A stretch of 64,000 bases of DNA from TPA_inf: Saccharomyces. Taxonomy: Eukaryota. The position numbers and the translations under genes were made by a program. Location: assembly GCA_000146045.2 (NCBI GenBank), contig BK006947.3, positions 544,001-608,000 of the forward strand, given 5' to 3'. How positions within the stretch are numbered: position 1 is the stretch's first letter; every line of letters begins with the position of its first letter. Shown one piece after another: positions 1 through 10,750 of this stretch. Below the pieces are notes generated by a model. It had not been told where the DNA came from. It did no database searches and worked only from the letters and a program-made list of their open reading frames with translations.

Positions 1-978
1 TCTGGTAACTTAGTGACCAATTGTTCGTGGAATCATTTTTGGTTGAATGAAGGTTGGACCGTTTACTTAGAAAGAAGAATTATTGGTGCCATTCATGGCG
101 AACCAACTAGACATTTCAGTGCTCTGATTGGTTGGAGCGATTTGCAGAATTCTATTGATTCTATGAAAGATCCTGAAAGATTTTCCACTTTGGTACAAAA
201 CTTGAACGATAACACTGACCCTGACGATGCCTTTTCCACTGTTCCGTACGAAAAGGGGTTCAACTTACTATTTCACTTGGAAACTATTTTGGGTGGTAAG
301 GCTGAATTTGATCCATTTATTAGACACTATTTCAAGAAGTTTGCCAAAAAATCATTGGATACTTTCCAGTTTTTGGATACTTTGTATGAGTTCTATCCCG
401 AAAAGAAAGAAATTTTGGATTCCGTTGACTGGGAAACTTGGCTGTATAAACCAGGTATGCCACCAAGGCCTCATTTTATTACGGCTTTGGCTGATAATGT
501 TTATCAATTGGCTGACAAGTGGGTCGAAATGGCTCAACATTTGAAAACCACAGAGGATTTCCGGTCTGAATTTAACGCTATTGACATTAAGGATTTTAAT
601 TCAAATCAATTGGTTTTGTTCTTGGAAACTTTGACACAAAATGGCCATTCCAACAAGAAACCAAAAGATTTTGACTGGGCCAAGTTTCCCGTGGCATCTA
701 GGGCACTGTTAGATATCTATCAAGATAACATTGTTAAATCACAGAACGCGGAAGTTGTTTTCAAGATGTTCAAATTTCAGATCTTTGCCAAGCTGCAAGA
801 AGAATATAAGCATTTGGCCGATTGGTTGGGAACTGTAGGTAGAATGAAGTTTGTCCGTCCCGGTTACAGACTATTAAACTCTGTAGACCGTCGATTGGCA
901 CTTGCAACTTTCGACAAATTCAAGGACACGTATCATCCAATCTGTAAAGCTCTTGTGAAACAAGATTTAGGTCTTTGA
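1..978 (+). CDS. LAP2: 3' part of the leukotriene A4 hydrolase-like aminopeptidase. It is truncated at the 5' end by the window edge, and the stop codon TGA is at 976-978.
   Basis: The open frame runs from position 1 and its translation matches the C-terminal region of the yeast LTA4 hydrolase homolog. The ORF track starts at a GTG at position 13 only because the true ATG lies upstream of the window. Confidence 0.85.
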   Translation, partial: SGNLVTNCSWNHFWLNEGWTVYLERRIIGAIHGEPTRHFSALIGWSDLQNSIDSMKDPERFSTLVQNLNDNTDPDDAFSTVPYEKGFNLLFHLETILGGKAEFDPFIRHYFKKFAKKSLDTFQFLDTLYEFYPEKKEILDSVDWETWLYKPGMPPRPHFITALADNVYQLADKWVEMAQHLKTTEDFRSEFNAIDIKDFNSNQLVLFLETLTQNGHSNKKPKDFDWAKFPVASRALLDIYQDNIVKSQNAEVVFKMFKFQIFAKLQEEYKHLADWLGTVGRMKFVRPGYRLLNSVDRRLALATFDKFKDTYHPICKALVKQDLGL

Positions 979-1267
979 AAAGGGACGTGTCGTAACATGA
1001 ATACGTAAACAATTAAATATAACCTACTAATGAGCCTTCATTGCTACTTCTCTGGTTCTAATTAGTGGCGGAGTTCTGTGTCGTGCGATACGAATTTTGC
1101 ACTTTTGTCACATGCAATCGAGGCAAAAAGAAAAAATAAATAATAACAACGAATATAAATACAAATCGAAAGAATTCAGATTGAATTCAATATTGCAGGG
1201 CTTTGAACACTGAGTTTGGAACTATCAGCCGTCAAATACGCATAAAATAACATCAAATACTCCAATA

Positions 1268-1877
1268 ATGAATCAGTTAGGAGCTTTAGCCGTAAGTTCT
1301 AAATTGTAAACACATTTGCATCATTGAAAAACTATACTAACGCGTTAACCTTTTTTCTATATTTCTATAGCAAGTTTCACGTTTCACTCAAAACTTCTCC
1401 ATGGAAAATATTAAGAGCGAGTTCCAATCCTTGCAATCTAAATTAGCAACCCTTCGCACCCCGCAAGAATTTTTCAATTTCAAGAAAATTTCCAAACCTC
1501 AAAACTTTGGGGAAGTTCAATCCAGAGTGGCGTATAACCTGAAGTACTTTTCCAGTAACTATGGTTTGATTATTGGTTGTTTGAGCATTTACACATTATT
1601 AACAAACTTGTTGCTACTCTTTGTTATTGTTCTAGTCGTAGCTGGTATTGTTGGTATAAACAAACTAAAGGGTGAGGAGCTCGTAACTCCATTTGGTTCT
1701 TTCAAGACCAACCAACTATACACCGGACTGGTTTGTGTTGCTGTGCCAATAGGTTTCTTAGCTTCGCCAATCTCAACTTTGCTATGGTTGATCGGTGCTT
1801 CTGCCGTCAGCGTTTTCGGACATGCATCATTGATGGAAAAACCCATCGAAACTGTATTTGATGAAGAAACTGTTTGA
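1268..1877 (+). CDS. YIP3: PRA1-family membrane protein, intron-containing. Exon 1 is 1268-1291 (MNQLGALA), the intron is 1292-1370, and exon 2 is 1371-1877.
   Basis: The ATG at 1268 is followed by a GTAAGT 5' splice site at 1292. The TACTAAC branch point is at 1335-1341 and the TATAG 3' splice site ends at 1370. Exon 2 continues in frame into the track ORF 1401-1877. Hydrophobic segments are consistent with the Yip3/PRA1 family. Confidence 0.85.
1292..1370 (+). other. Spliceosomal intron of YIP3, 79 nt, with GTAAGT, TACTAAC and YAG signals.
   Basis: Canonical yeast splice signals are seen directly in the sequence. Confidence 0.85.
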
Positions 1878-2404
1878 ACACTCCTACAAGTGTTGGGAAA
1901 AGGAGTCATTCTTTTCTATTGTGTATTTTACTCTTCTTCAATATTTAGTTAATTCTTGTCTTTTATTCTCTTTCTCCGTCAACATTAGTATTTAATTGTA
2001 TACAGACACCATTCATAATTGCAGTTAGCTTCTCTGTTCTTTCTCATTCCTAGGATTTACAATGCAGTCTTACCTTATTTGTTTATGTTTTTTTCGTTTA
2101 TCAAGCGTGCAATCAATTACTGAAGATTCACGTGCCAAAACGTAAAAATAATAATAACATAACCCGAGAGAGGCAAGATTAGAATCAATTCATCTTTTCA
2201 AACAAATGGTTATATCGACTAAGCGAAGTGATTAGATGGTGTACGTCGCAGATATTCAACAGTGACGAATTATATGCGATTGTAAGATTGATTGGCAAAT
2301 CGTATTCCATTACTACTATTAACAACTGATGGCATCTAGAAGGTAAAAAGGGTCAACGTAGATGAGGTAGAGTTTGAGCTTAGGGCCCTGCCGAGTTTTC
2401 ATTA

Positions 2405-2737
2405 GAAGACCTCTACTACACTTCAAAATGAAATACCCCTGCATCACCAGATTCATCAACCTAAACGTACAAGACGTATGAAACACGTATGAAACAGTTG
2501 TTGCGAAAAAAACAAGATTAAGTATTTTCAAAGCCCCGGTTGCCTTGATGAACCTAAACGTATAAATAGTTGAGCAATCAGTTTAGCTCCGAAGATCTAT
2601 GCTTCCACCCTTTAGTCAGATTTAGATCCTATATAGATTATATGGGATAAGTAACATTCCGTCAATCAAGCTGCTCTTCTGACAGGTATTAATATTGTTA
2701 AGACGGCTAGTATTGACTAACTTCATGACACAACCAC
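2405..2737 (+). repeat. Diverged sigma-like solo LTR (older copy) immediately abutting the intact sigma element.
   Basis: Blocks of similarity to the adjacent sigma occur in the same order, for example caaaatga.ata, ataaatag.tgagcaat.agtttag.tccga, gcttccacc.cttagt, and gataagtaacattccgt.aat. The right end, catgacacaacc-ac, resembles the sigma terminus, and the element is followed by the same ACCAC flank. Confidence 0.5.
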
Positions 2738-3077
2738 TGTTGTATCTCAAAATGAGATATGTCAGTATGACAATACGTCACCCTGAACGTTCATAAAACA
2801 CATATGAAACAACCTTATAACAAAACGAACAACATGAGACAAAACCCGACCTTCCCTAGCTGAACTACCCAAAGTATAAATGCCTGAACAATTAGTTTAG
2901 ATCCGAGATTCCGCGCTTCCACCACTTAGTATGATTCATATTTTATATAATATATAAGATAAGTAACATTCCGTGAATTAATCTGATAAACCGTTTTGAC
3001 AACTGGTTACTTCCCTAAGACTGTTTATATTAGGATTGTCAAGACACTCCGGTATTACTCGAGCCCGTAATACAACA
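2738..3077 (+). mobile_element. Ty3 sigma solo LTR, 340 bp, with TGTTGTAT...ATACAACA termini. It is flanked by a 5-bp target-site duplication ACCAC at 2733-2737 and 3078-3082, and lies 16 bp upstream of tRNA-Pro.
   Basis: The 8-bp inverted termini, the length and the internal sequence are characteristic of sigma. The position 16-19 bp upstream of a tRNA gene is the signature of Ty3 integration. Confidence 0.85.
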
Positions 3078-3093
3078 ACCACACGAAATAATC

Positions 3094-3196
3094 GGGCGTG
3101 TGGTCTAGTGGTATGATTCTCGCTTTGGGCGACTTCCTGCCTAAACAGGAAGACAAAGCATGCGAGAGGCCCTGGGTTCAATTCCCAGCTCGCCCC
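3094..3196 (+). tRNA. tP(UGG)N1: tRNA-Pro(UGG) with a 31-nt intron at 3130-3160. The exons are 3094-3129 and 3161-3196.
   Basis: GGGCGTGTGGTCTAGTGGTATGATTCTCGCTTTGGG ... TGCGAGAGGCCCTGGGTTCAATTCCCAGCTCGCCCC folds as a cloverleaf with anticodon UGG. A GGTTCAATTCC B-box is present. An identical second copy sits at 24115-24217. Confidence 0.9.
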
Positions 3197-3370
3197 GTTA
3201 TCTTTTTTCACCATCAGGGCGGAATTTTTTTGTTTAGCATCAATCAACCTAACCTCTCATGCTTCTCCAAGCTGAAAGAAGTAAACTCACTCTATGTACG
3301 TGTTGCAACATATATCTGCCAAAAGAATGAAAGTAGGTTCAGAACAAACAGATTGAAAGGAGACCAGTAA
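3113..3370 (+). CDS. Small ORF overlapping the tRNA-Pro gene. It may correspond to a putative or uncharacterised small ORF in the reference annotation, and is probably not a real protein-coding gene.
   Basis: The ORF track shows a 90-aa frame at 3098-3370 with an internal Met at 3113. Its N-terminal half is simply the tRNA sequence translated. A second copy (24119-24406) diverges exactly where the tRNA ends. Confidence 0.15.
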   Translation: MILALGDFLPKQEDKACERPWVQFPARPVIFFHHQGGIFLFSINQPNLSCFSKLKEVNSLYVRVATYICQKNESRFRTNRLKGDQ

Positions 3371-4099
3371 AACTATATGGGGGGGGTTGTTCTTCCCGCC
3401 TCCTTCTGGGATTATGAAGACGCGCTGATCTGCTATAGTTCAACGTCCTTTTCGCTTACTATTTCTGGTAAGAAATATAAGGAATTCTCGGATTAATTAC
3501 TTTTCTCGAAAGGGGATTCCGAACACCTACCGGAAAAAAATAGCAGCCCTTAAGGGGAGAGTACGGCTCTTGGCATGACGGGAGGCAGGACAGCACTAAA
3601 GGCAGACTAGTCACTGAGCGCTCCAAGTTGGGTATGATAGTATCTTCAAGTTTTGGTCGAGTAGCTATTCCTCTTCTTCAAAGCCACTTACGCTTCGCCC
3701 AATAATGTCATGATTTACAAATAAACCTTCCTCTCCGAACCCTTAAAAGTAGGCAAATTGAGAAAATTTTTTGCTCGTCTTTTTTTCTCTCGTTTCGATT
3801 ACCTTATTGGGAACTTCTCGAAGAACTCGGCGAAGAGGTCCAGAGGAAGATTACTGACTATCATCAAGCCTTGTTTCTTTTGGCCTCTTCAGTAAGCTGC
3901 AAATGCAGTATTGGCTTTTTTAAAAAAGAAAAAGAGAAGGAAAGCGGAAACTAGTCTTGTTGCTCTTCTAGTGCAGTTGTTGTTTGTTCATTTGTTTCTT
4001 AATAACAGTCAACGAGAAAACTTGCGCGTGCAGTAGGAAAATAAGTAGCAAATTACATTACATGGAAAACTTGCAACCATCTGTGAGCACAGGCGACCA

Positions 4100-5290
4100 A
4101 TGAGTACTTTCAACAGTTACAGCCAGCCAAAGGAAAGCAATGATAATAGTCATAATAATGTCAACAAGAGCAAATCGCTGTTAGATATAATATTTGGTAC
4201 TAATGTATCGGAATGGGCTTTTTCTGAGAATGCTTTAATGAAAGCTATGGATTTGAAAATAGAACAAGAAAAGACTAAGCAGCAATATTATAAACTTGAA
4301 AACTTGAATCGTTCGATAGAGTTGTTTAAGCTTGCTTCCAGTTCAGGTCTGCCCATAAATCAAATACATAAACTATTCAACACCGACCATGGCGTACCGG
4401 CGTCTTCGCCGATGAAGGCAGGGGGCAATCAACCACATAACAATACAGAAGGCACGCAATCTTCAGAAAATCTGCCCAGATTGAATGGTTCTATGAAGTC
4501 ATTAAAACCTCTAAATATGAACACAGTGTCACCAACTCCAATGAGTCGACAGCCCTCTCCATATAAGTTTCCAGCATCATCCTCTACCGGCGGTATATCA
4601 CACTCCACAGTTACAAATGTACAACGAAGAGCTAATTCTCCTGCAAGAATAGGTGCATCCGCAGTTGCTGCGTTGAATGACAATATTTCCATTAAGGAGG
4701 AAGATGTGGCTAGGCGAATTCCCTCTGGTACAAAATCTCAAGAATCGCCTTTAAACAAGAAGCCGACTTCTCTTCACAGCCGTAACTTGTCACTTCCAAT
4801 AGGAAAGTTCACCAATCCTAATATTCCTTCTACAATGACATCCATACTAAGTTTCAATAGAGACCAACAGCAGCCGCTATCTCAACCACTGCCTCCTCCT
4901 CCACAACAGCAACAGGATCTCCACACGCACAATTTACATACTATACCAAGGAAACCTGGAATGGTTCAAAAAAAGCATAGGCGTGCAAGATCCACATCCT
5001 CCTTTGGAGTGATCGATTTAAGTATTATCGATGAAGCAAAAGAAAAACAAGTACAGAGATCACCATCCCCTATACATTCTAACGTGTCCGTAGCACTTAC
5101 CTCACATGACAAACCAATTGAATCCAATATGAAGGAACAACCAAATATGCTGCAATCGGTTCGTGAAGGACGTCAAGTACACGATGACTTGGATGACAGA
5201 ACATGCAGTGAAAGCAGTAGTAGAAACGAAAGCCCCGTAAGAACCATCACAAAGGATAATTCTGTAGGCAAGATTTTAAATAGTACTTGA
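4100..5290 (+). CDS. BOP3: Ser/Asn/Pro-rich protein of unknown function with a poly-Pro/Gln stretch.
   Basis: This is a 396-aa ORF. Position and composition match BOP3 (YNL042W) in the conserved gene order. Confidence 0.8.
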   Translation: MSTFNSYSQPKESNDNSHNNVNKSKSLLDIIFGTNVSEWAFSENALMKAMDLKIEQEKTKQQYYKLENLNRSIELFKLASSSGLPINQIHKLFNTDHGVPASSPMKAGGNQPHNNTEGTQSSENLPRLNGSMKSLKPLNMNTVSPTPMSRQPSPYKFPASSSTGGISHSTVTNVQRRANSPARIGASAVAALNDNISIKEEDVARRIPSGTKSQESPLNKKPTSLHSRNLSLPIGKFTNPNIPSTMTSILSFNRDQQQPLSQPLPPPPQQQQDLHTHNLHTIPRKPGMVQKKHRRARSTSSFGVIDLSIIDEAKEKQVQRSPSPIHSNVSVALTSHDKPIESNMKEQPNMLQSVREGRQVHDDLDDRTCSESSSRNESPVRTITKDNSVGKILNST

Positions 5291-5467
5291 GTGATCATTA
5301 TTTTCTTTTTGATGTTCCCCCTACGTATGTATACACCCATATATTATATAGATACCCGCCGCATACCAACATAAAAAAGGTAACAAATATTTGAGATATA
5401 GAGCATCGCTACATTATGGGCAAGATGCGTCTTTGTGAGACGATTTTAAACAGAAGTTGTTCATCTC

Positions 5468-7987
5468 TCAGTGATCAATACCTATCAACATGTCAAATTC
5501 ATCAGTGGAAAAATTTAAAATTTCGAATACCTGATCCTTCTTGTTCGGATACAAATGAATCAACAGTTTCCTGAAGATATTATAAAATAGCGACAACTTC
5601 TTGAAACATTCATCGCATATTTCATCAGCTATCATTGGTGACGTTAATTTAAATAGTAAATTACCTTGAACATCTGTTAACGCCTGAGGTAGATAATAGT
5701 TCAACTTATCATGCACATTTTTTCTGACCATGTCTAATTCCATCAATGAATTATCCCTCAGGGCTAAGTACATATCATAATCCAATTCATCCTTTACTGA
5801 GTCCACAGGAAAAATCATATTGACCAAATTGCTGTAAAGGTCTAAACCTGTATTCTCAAATAGGAATTTTATTTGTAAAGTTAGCATTTGCTTAGTATAT
5901 TCCTTCAGTTTATCACAAACCCAGATGGTGATTTTCCGGCTGTCATCATCTTGTGCAAACAATCCCTCAAAAGGTTGAAGTCTAGATTTAATTAAATCGA
6001 AACAGTTTATCTCTATAGTTAGCAATGATGCCTTTTCTTTTTCATTTTTTTTCGCCAAAGGAAAAGATGTTTGCAATTGTTTTAACAGAACATCTTTTAT
6101 TGGTTGTTCTACAATTGTTTGTAAATTCTTAGATGAGAGCAATTTATTATCTTCTGATTCCTCATCTTCGGCAGCATGTGTCTTTTCATAAATTTCAAAT
6201 AACTCTACCAATTTATTCATATACTCTGATAGCCACTCTGGTGGCAGTAAATCATCTGAAGAATTTTTTGTTTCCGCCATGACTGTTTGCTTCATATAGT
6301 CTTCATAGTATCCAATAATTCTGTTTTTGGAAATGTCTTCCAACGACTTTAAATTGTTAATAATAGAACTATCGTCCTGAATTCCCTTTCTCTCGAACAT
6401 AACTCTGTAAAGTTTCAGCAGCCTCACAATCTCGAAATTGATGATCGGATTTTCTTCAAACCTCACGATTTGCTCGATACGAATACGACACGAATTGGAT
6501 AGCGACTGGATGATATCGTTCAGCAATTTGTTGTCGATGCCTTTCAAGAATGTCTTGTTTTGTTGAAGTATAGAAATTGGGGTATCTTTTAAGTCTTCAT
6601 CCTGAAAGTCAAATAGTGACTTCACGAAATCAGCTTCATTTGCGATGATGGAATGAACGGACGCTAGTACGTCACCAATATACCTAATTGGATCGTGTGC
6701 CGATAATATGATGGGTTTAGAGGTAGTTGAATTCATATCGAATTGAGACAAAAACTCATCCAGAATACTCTTGGATCTCAGTGTGGTCACTCTTTTCAAC
6801 AACTCATTAAATAATTCTAGATCACTTGACAGGAAGACCAGACTCTTCCGAAAAATGTTTAAGCTTTCTTGTTCAGTAGTACCATGGTCATTTAATAAAT
6901 TTGAAGAGGATTCAAAACTATATAAAAAATCGATCAAATAATTGAAGATTTTTTTGTTTGTCTTTTCTAAAATTTCATTAACTCCCATTATCAAAGCATT
7001 TCCAGCATTCAAATTAGGAAGCGTCAGCAAGAAACTTGATTCATCTTTAATATTGATTACTTTCTTTACTACCTCGAAAAAGATGTTGTCTATAGTACCA
7101 TTGGTGATTACATCGTCCTCTACCTGATTCAAAGTAAACCTATCCCTTATAGATAACAGTATTTTTTTTTTCAGCTTCAACTGCTCTGCCTTTAAACGGT
7201 ATTGATCTATTTCCTGAAGTACCACGTTATTTGTTGGAACCTCATTTGTCTCATTACTTAGTAATTTTTCGCTCGTTCTTTGTATTTTTTCGACGGAAGA
7301 AGATAATCGTTTAATCCTTCTAATGATAGGTTTGAATTCCTCAAGTACCGTAATATGTTCCTTTAGCAGTTGAGATTCCAAATCAGTCCTCAATGCTCTT
7401 CTTGCCAAAGTACCTACATATTCAGGATTCATGAGCTTTTGTTCATCAAGGGACAATCTCTCTTTATTCTCTTCTAGAACCTTTAGGGATTTTCTTAGTT
7501 GGACTGTGGCCTGATAGTTAATCAATGTGTAATTGTTCAATATCTTGGATAGTTTATTCGAAAGAACCAAATTTGTGGTATTTTTGTTGGAACCACTTGA
7601 CGGGGATACTAATTTTGATAAATCAAGGTTTTTTGGCTCGTAATTCGTGAAATTTTGAGATTCTTGCTGCGATAGTTTTTCATCCTGGGAATTTTGCCCT
7701 AATTGTTTGCTTGGATTTGAAAGCTGTATTTTATCAATGGAAGACATTGCGTAATGTGTCATTTTCTTATGTAGGTCTTTCGAACCAGCACCATCATTAT
7801 CTACTGGCAAAGTTGCATTATTATTGGAATAACGTTGAAGGTCGGGCAACTTAAACTGTAGATCTAGTTTACCGGTGGGCTGTGACTGTGCATCTGAGGT
7901 TAAGTTTAGTCTTGGCTCAGGTTCTGGTAATTCTGGCGTGGCAGTATCCGCCATTGCGTAGGTCTGATAGTCTACAACGAAATCCAT
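5468..7987 (-). CDS. COG6: Conserved oligomeric Golgi complex subunit 6.
   Basis: 839-aa ORF matching the COG6 family, in the expected position. Confidence 0.85.
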   Translation of the reverse strand: MDFVVDYQTYAMADTATPELPEPEPRLNLTSDAQSQPTGKLDLQFKLPDLQRYSNNNATLPVDNDGAGSKDLHKKMTHYAMSSIDKIQLSNPSKQLGQNSQDEKLSQQESQNFTNYEPKNLDLSKLVSPSSGSNKNTTNLVLSNKLSKILNNYTLINYQATVQLRKSLKVLEENKERLSLDEQKLMNPEYVGTLARRALRTDLESQLLKEHITVLEEFKPIIRRIKRLSSSVEKIQRTSEKLLSNETNEVPTNNVVLQEIDQYRLKAEQLKLKKKILLSIRDRFTLNQVEDDVITNGTIDNIFFEVVKKVINIKDESSFLLTLPNLNAGNALIMGVNEILEKTNKKIFNYLIDFLYSFESSSNLLNDHGTTEQESLNIFRKSLVFLSSDLELFNELLKRVTTLRSKSILDEFLSQFDMNSTTSKPIILSAHDPIRYIGDVLASVHSIIANEADFVKSLFDFQDEDLKDTPISILQQNKTFLKGIDNKLLNDIIQSLSNSCRIRIEQIVRFEENPIINFEIVRLLKLYRVMFERKGIQDDSSIINNLKSLEDISKNRIIGYYEDYMKQTVMAETKNSSDDLLPPEWLSEYMNKLVELFEIYEKTHAAEDEESEDNKLLSSKNLQTIVEQPIKDVLLKQLQTSFPLAKKNEKEKASLLTIEINCFDLIKSRLQPFEGLFAQDDDSRKITIWVCDKLKEYTKQMLTLQIKFLFENTGLDLYSNLVNMIFPVDSVKDELDYDMYLALRDNSLMELDMVRKNVHDKLNYYLPQALTDVQGNLLFKLTSPMIADEICDECFKKLSLFYNIFRKLLIHLYPNKKDQVFEILNFSTDEFDMLIGIDH

Positions 7988-9379
7988 TGTGAGTAAACTT
8001 CACTGGGGATTTTGTTACGATAATGTACAATATACTTCAGATACTACAGCTTTCGGATGAATATTTACTAGAATGAATTACTACCTTAGATGTATATTTT
8101 GTATGAAAGCGTCATTACGCCAGTTGTATGTATTTTGTCGTCTGAGACGGCAGGTGATATATAAGTAAAATGGAAGTATAAACGAACAGAAAGCAATCAT
8201 TAACAATTTACTTATAGATTTCGACTAACATACGCATCGGTAGGATTAGATACCAGTTTTTGAAATCCAATTTTTCCCTCGTATATGGAATGTGCTGAGA
8301 GTTTTCCTCAGGGATATGCGTATCAACAAAAGAGAGGTGGTAATACATGCAATCATATAGCGGTTTGTTTCTTTAATACTATATGTTGTCACTTATAATC
8401 CTGTTATATTATTGATCTTTAGGTTTCAGCTGATCCTTCTAATATCCCTCTATTGGTTTCGTAATTCGTGTTATCCTTTAAGAAGATCCTAGCGACATAA
8501 TCATACTATCAACTGTTATGTTACCGTTTGGTGAACAGTTGGCTTTTTGCTCCGGCATTTTTGATTAAAAATAGGCTCTTGTTAAGCTACTGGAATTTTT
8601 CTATATTACCAGGCTACTCTTGATATGGCACCGGAATGTAATAGGAGTTACAAGACCATTTCAAGTTAAAGAAAAATTACTGGAAAAAGGGTAGTAACGT
8701 ACGTGGACGAAATAAATAAGAAGGACGTAAATTTAATACAAATGCACAAGTAAAGTTATCGGCTCCTATTCTTCACTAATTCCATGCATATTAAGAACTG
8801 CTGGAATAAGAATTGACCGTTGCTTATTGACTAGTGGCCATGTTACTAGTATACCTATCACACACAATGTAAGAAAGTGACATAAGCCATGAGATACAAT
8901 CTCAAATCTAGTAAAAGCCGAAATACAAGAACTGATGATGTAACAGAGTAATGCATAACAACGTGCAATGCAAAGGAAGAAATAATAGTGTTATTACGTA
9001 GGACATTGATTTCCTGTCATGACTATTATATCCTCAATGAGCGCATATAATGCATTCTGTATATTCAATAATACCACCTTATCAAATAACGAATACCATC
9101 GATTATCAGTAAATTCATGTATCACTCGCGTAAATTCTGAAATTCAGCCCACTAGGAAGACGTTTATATCAGTTTACTTTTGTACAAGTGACTTATTGCA
9201 AGCAATTTGTACGAAATATGCTTACACTTTTCATTAGTAAAAGAACCAACCACCCATCATTAACATCTTTTTATTTTTTATCCTTATCGTGTAAAAAAAA
9301 CTTAAGAATAGACATCCTGGTGACGCATATCGACGAAAGCACACAACAGCGTCAAAAATTGATTAAAAGGTAAGTTATC

Positions 9380-10750
9380 ATGCCCACACCTATGACGCCT
9401 GTCAAGGTCGGCGCTTTAGCCTGCCAGAGGAACTCATTTCTCTTCGATGGGTTCAAAACACTGGTTGTTTCTTGCGAACCAACGAAGAATAAAAAGGGAG
9501 AGATTGAAGGTTATGAGATTGAACTACAAGATACTATTCTGTTCCCCGAAGGTGGGGGCCAACCAAGTGATTCTGGTTTTTTGAAAATTGTTGAAGGGAA
9601 TCGTAATTCGTCGAAAATTGAGAAGATATTAGTTTCACACGTTTCTCGTTTCGGTTTACATGCAAAGCATCATGTCAATGACTACATTGAGCCCGGAACA
9701 ACAGTGGAAGTGGCCGTGGACGAGCAAAAGAGAATGGATTATATGCAACAACATACTGGTCAACACTTGTTAAGTGCCATTCTGGAACGCAACTACAAAG
9801 TAGACACTGTATCTTGGTCGATGGGTGGTATCATCACAAAGAAAAAACCTGTTCTAGAGCCTAGCGACTATTTCAATTATATAGAGTTGAACAGGAAATT
9901 GACTCTCGACGAAATAACGAACGTATCAGATGAGATTAATCAGTTGATCATCAACTTTCCTCAGGAAATTATTGTAGAGGAAAGAATCGGTGAAGAAACA
10001 GTAGATGAAGTTAGTACATCCAAAATTCCAGACGATTACGACCTCTCCAAAGGTGTTCTACGTACTATCCACATCGGTGACATTGATTCTAACCCATGTT
10101 GTGGTACACATTTGAAATGTACCTCTCAAATAGGTTCCATTTTAATTCTTTCCAATCAATCAGCCGTAAGAGGTTCAAACTCAAGGCTCTATTTCATGTG
10201 TGGGAAGCGGGTTTCTTTGTATGCAAAATCTGTTAATAAAATTTTACTGGATTCTAAAAACTTATTGAGTTGTTCAGAAACTCAAATTTCTGAGAAGATA
10301 ACAAGGCAAACCAAACAAATTCAACAATTAAATAAAAGAGAACAGTATTGGATAAAGAGATTAGCACGTACCGCTTCTGAAGAATTAATGAACACACTGA
10401 AAGCCAGTGGAAAGAAAAGGGCTTATTTTATGGAAGAAGAATACGGAACATTGGAACTGTTGCTACAGATCCACAAGGAAGTATCTAATTTTTTGAAAGA
10501 TGATACAGAAGGTTACGAAATTATCCTATGCGGTTATGAAAGACAAACGAACACTGGCTCACTGCTAATTCTTTCGGAATCGGGTGAAAAAATTGCCAAT
10601 TTGGCTGCTAACTTAGGTTCGATACTACAAAACCTAAAAGGCGGTGGTGGTAAGAAAGGTGGCAAGTGGCAAGGTAAAATTACATCCATTTCGAATGCCG
10701 AGTTTGCCGCCCTCTCTGATTATTTAAGCCATGATTTCGCATCATGTTGA
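9380..10750 (+). CDS. Free-standing protein resembling the alanyl-tRNA synthetase editing domain (AlaX-like).
   Basis: 456-aa ORF. It carries HTGQHLLSA (HxxxH) and CCGTH (CxxxH) zinc-binding motifs typical of the AlaRS second additional/editing domain. The position corresponds to YNL040W. Confidence 0.85.
   Translation: MPTPMTPVKVGALACQRNSFLFDGFKTLVVSCEPTKNKKGEIEGYEIELQDTILFPEGGGQPSDSGFLKIVEGNRNSSKIEKILVSHVSRFGLHAKHHVNDYIEPGTTVEVAVDEQKRMDYMQQHTGQHLLSAILERNYKVDTVSWSMGGIITKKKPVLEPSDYFNYIELNRKLTLDEITNVSDEINQLIINFPQEIIVEERIGEETVDEVSTSKIPDDYDLSKGVLRTIHIGDIDSNPCCGTHLKCTSQIGSILILSNQSAVRGSNSRLYFMCGKRVSLYAKSVNKILLDSKNLLSCSETQISEKITRQTKQIQQLNKREQYWIKRLARTASEELMNTLKASGKKRAYFMEEEYGTLELLLQIHKEVSNFLKDDTEGYEIILCGYERQTNTGSLLILSESGEKIANLAANLGSILQNLKGGGGKKGGKWQGKITSISNAEFAALSDYLSHDFASC

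Noticed and set aside
1589-1909. 106-aa minus-strand ORF.
   Set aside because: It lies entirely antisense within YIP3 exon 2. The low-complexity translation is typical of a dubious overlapping ORF.
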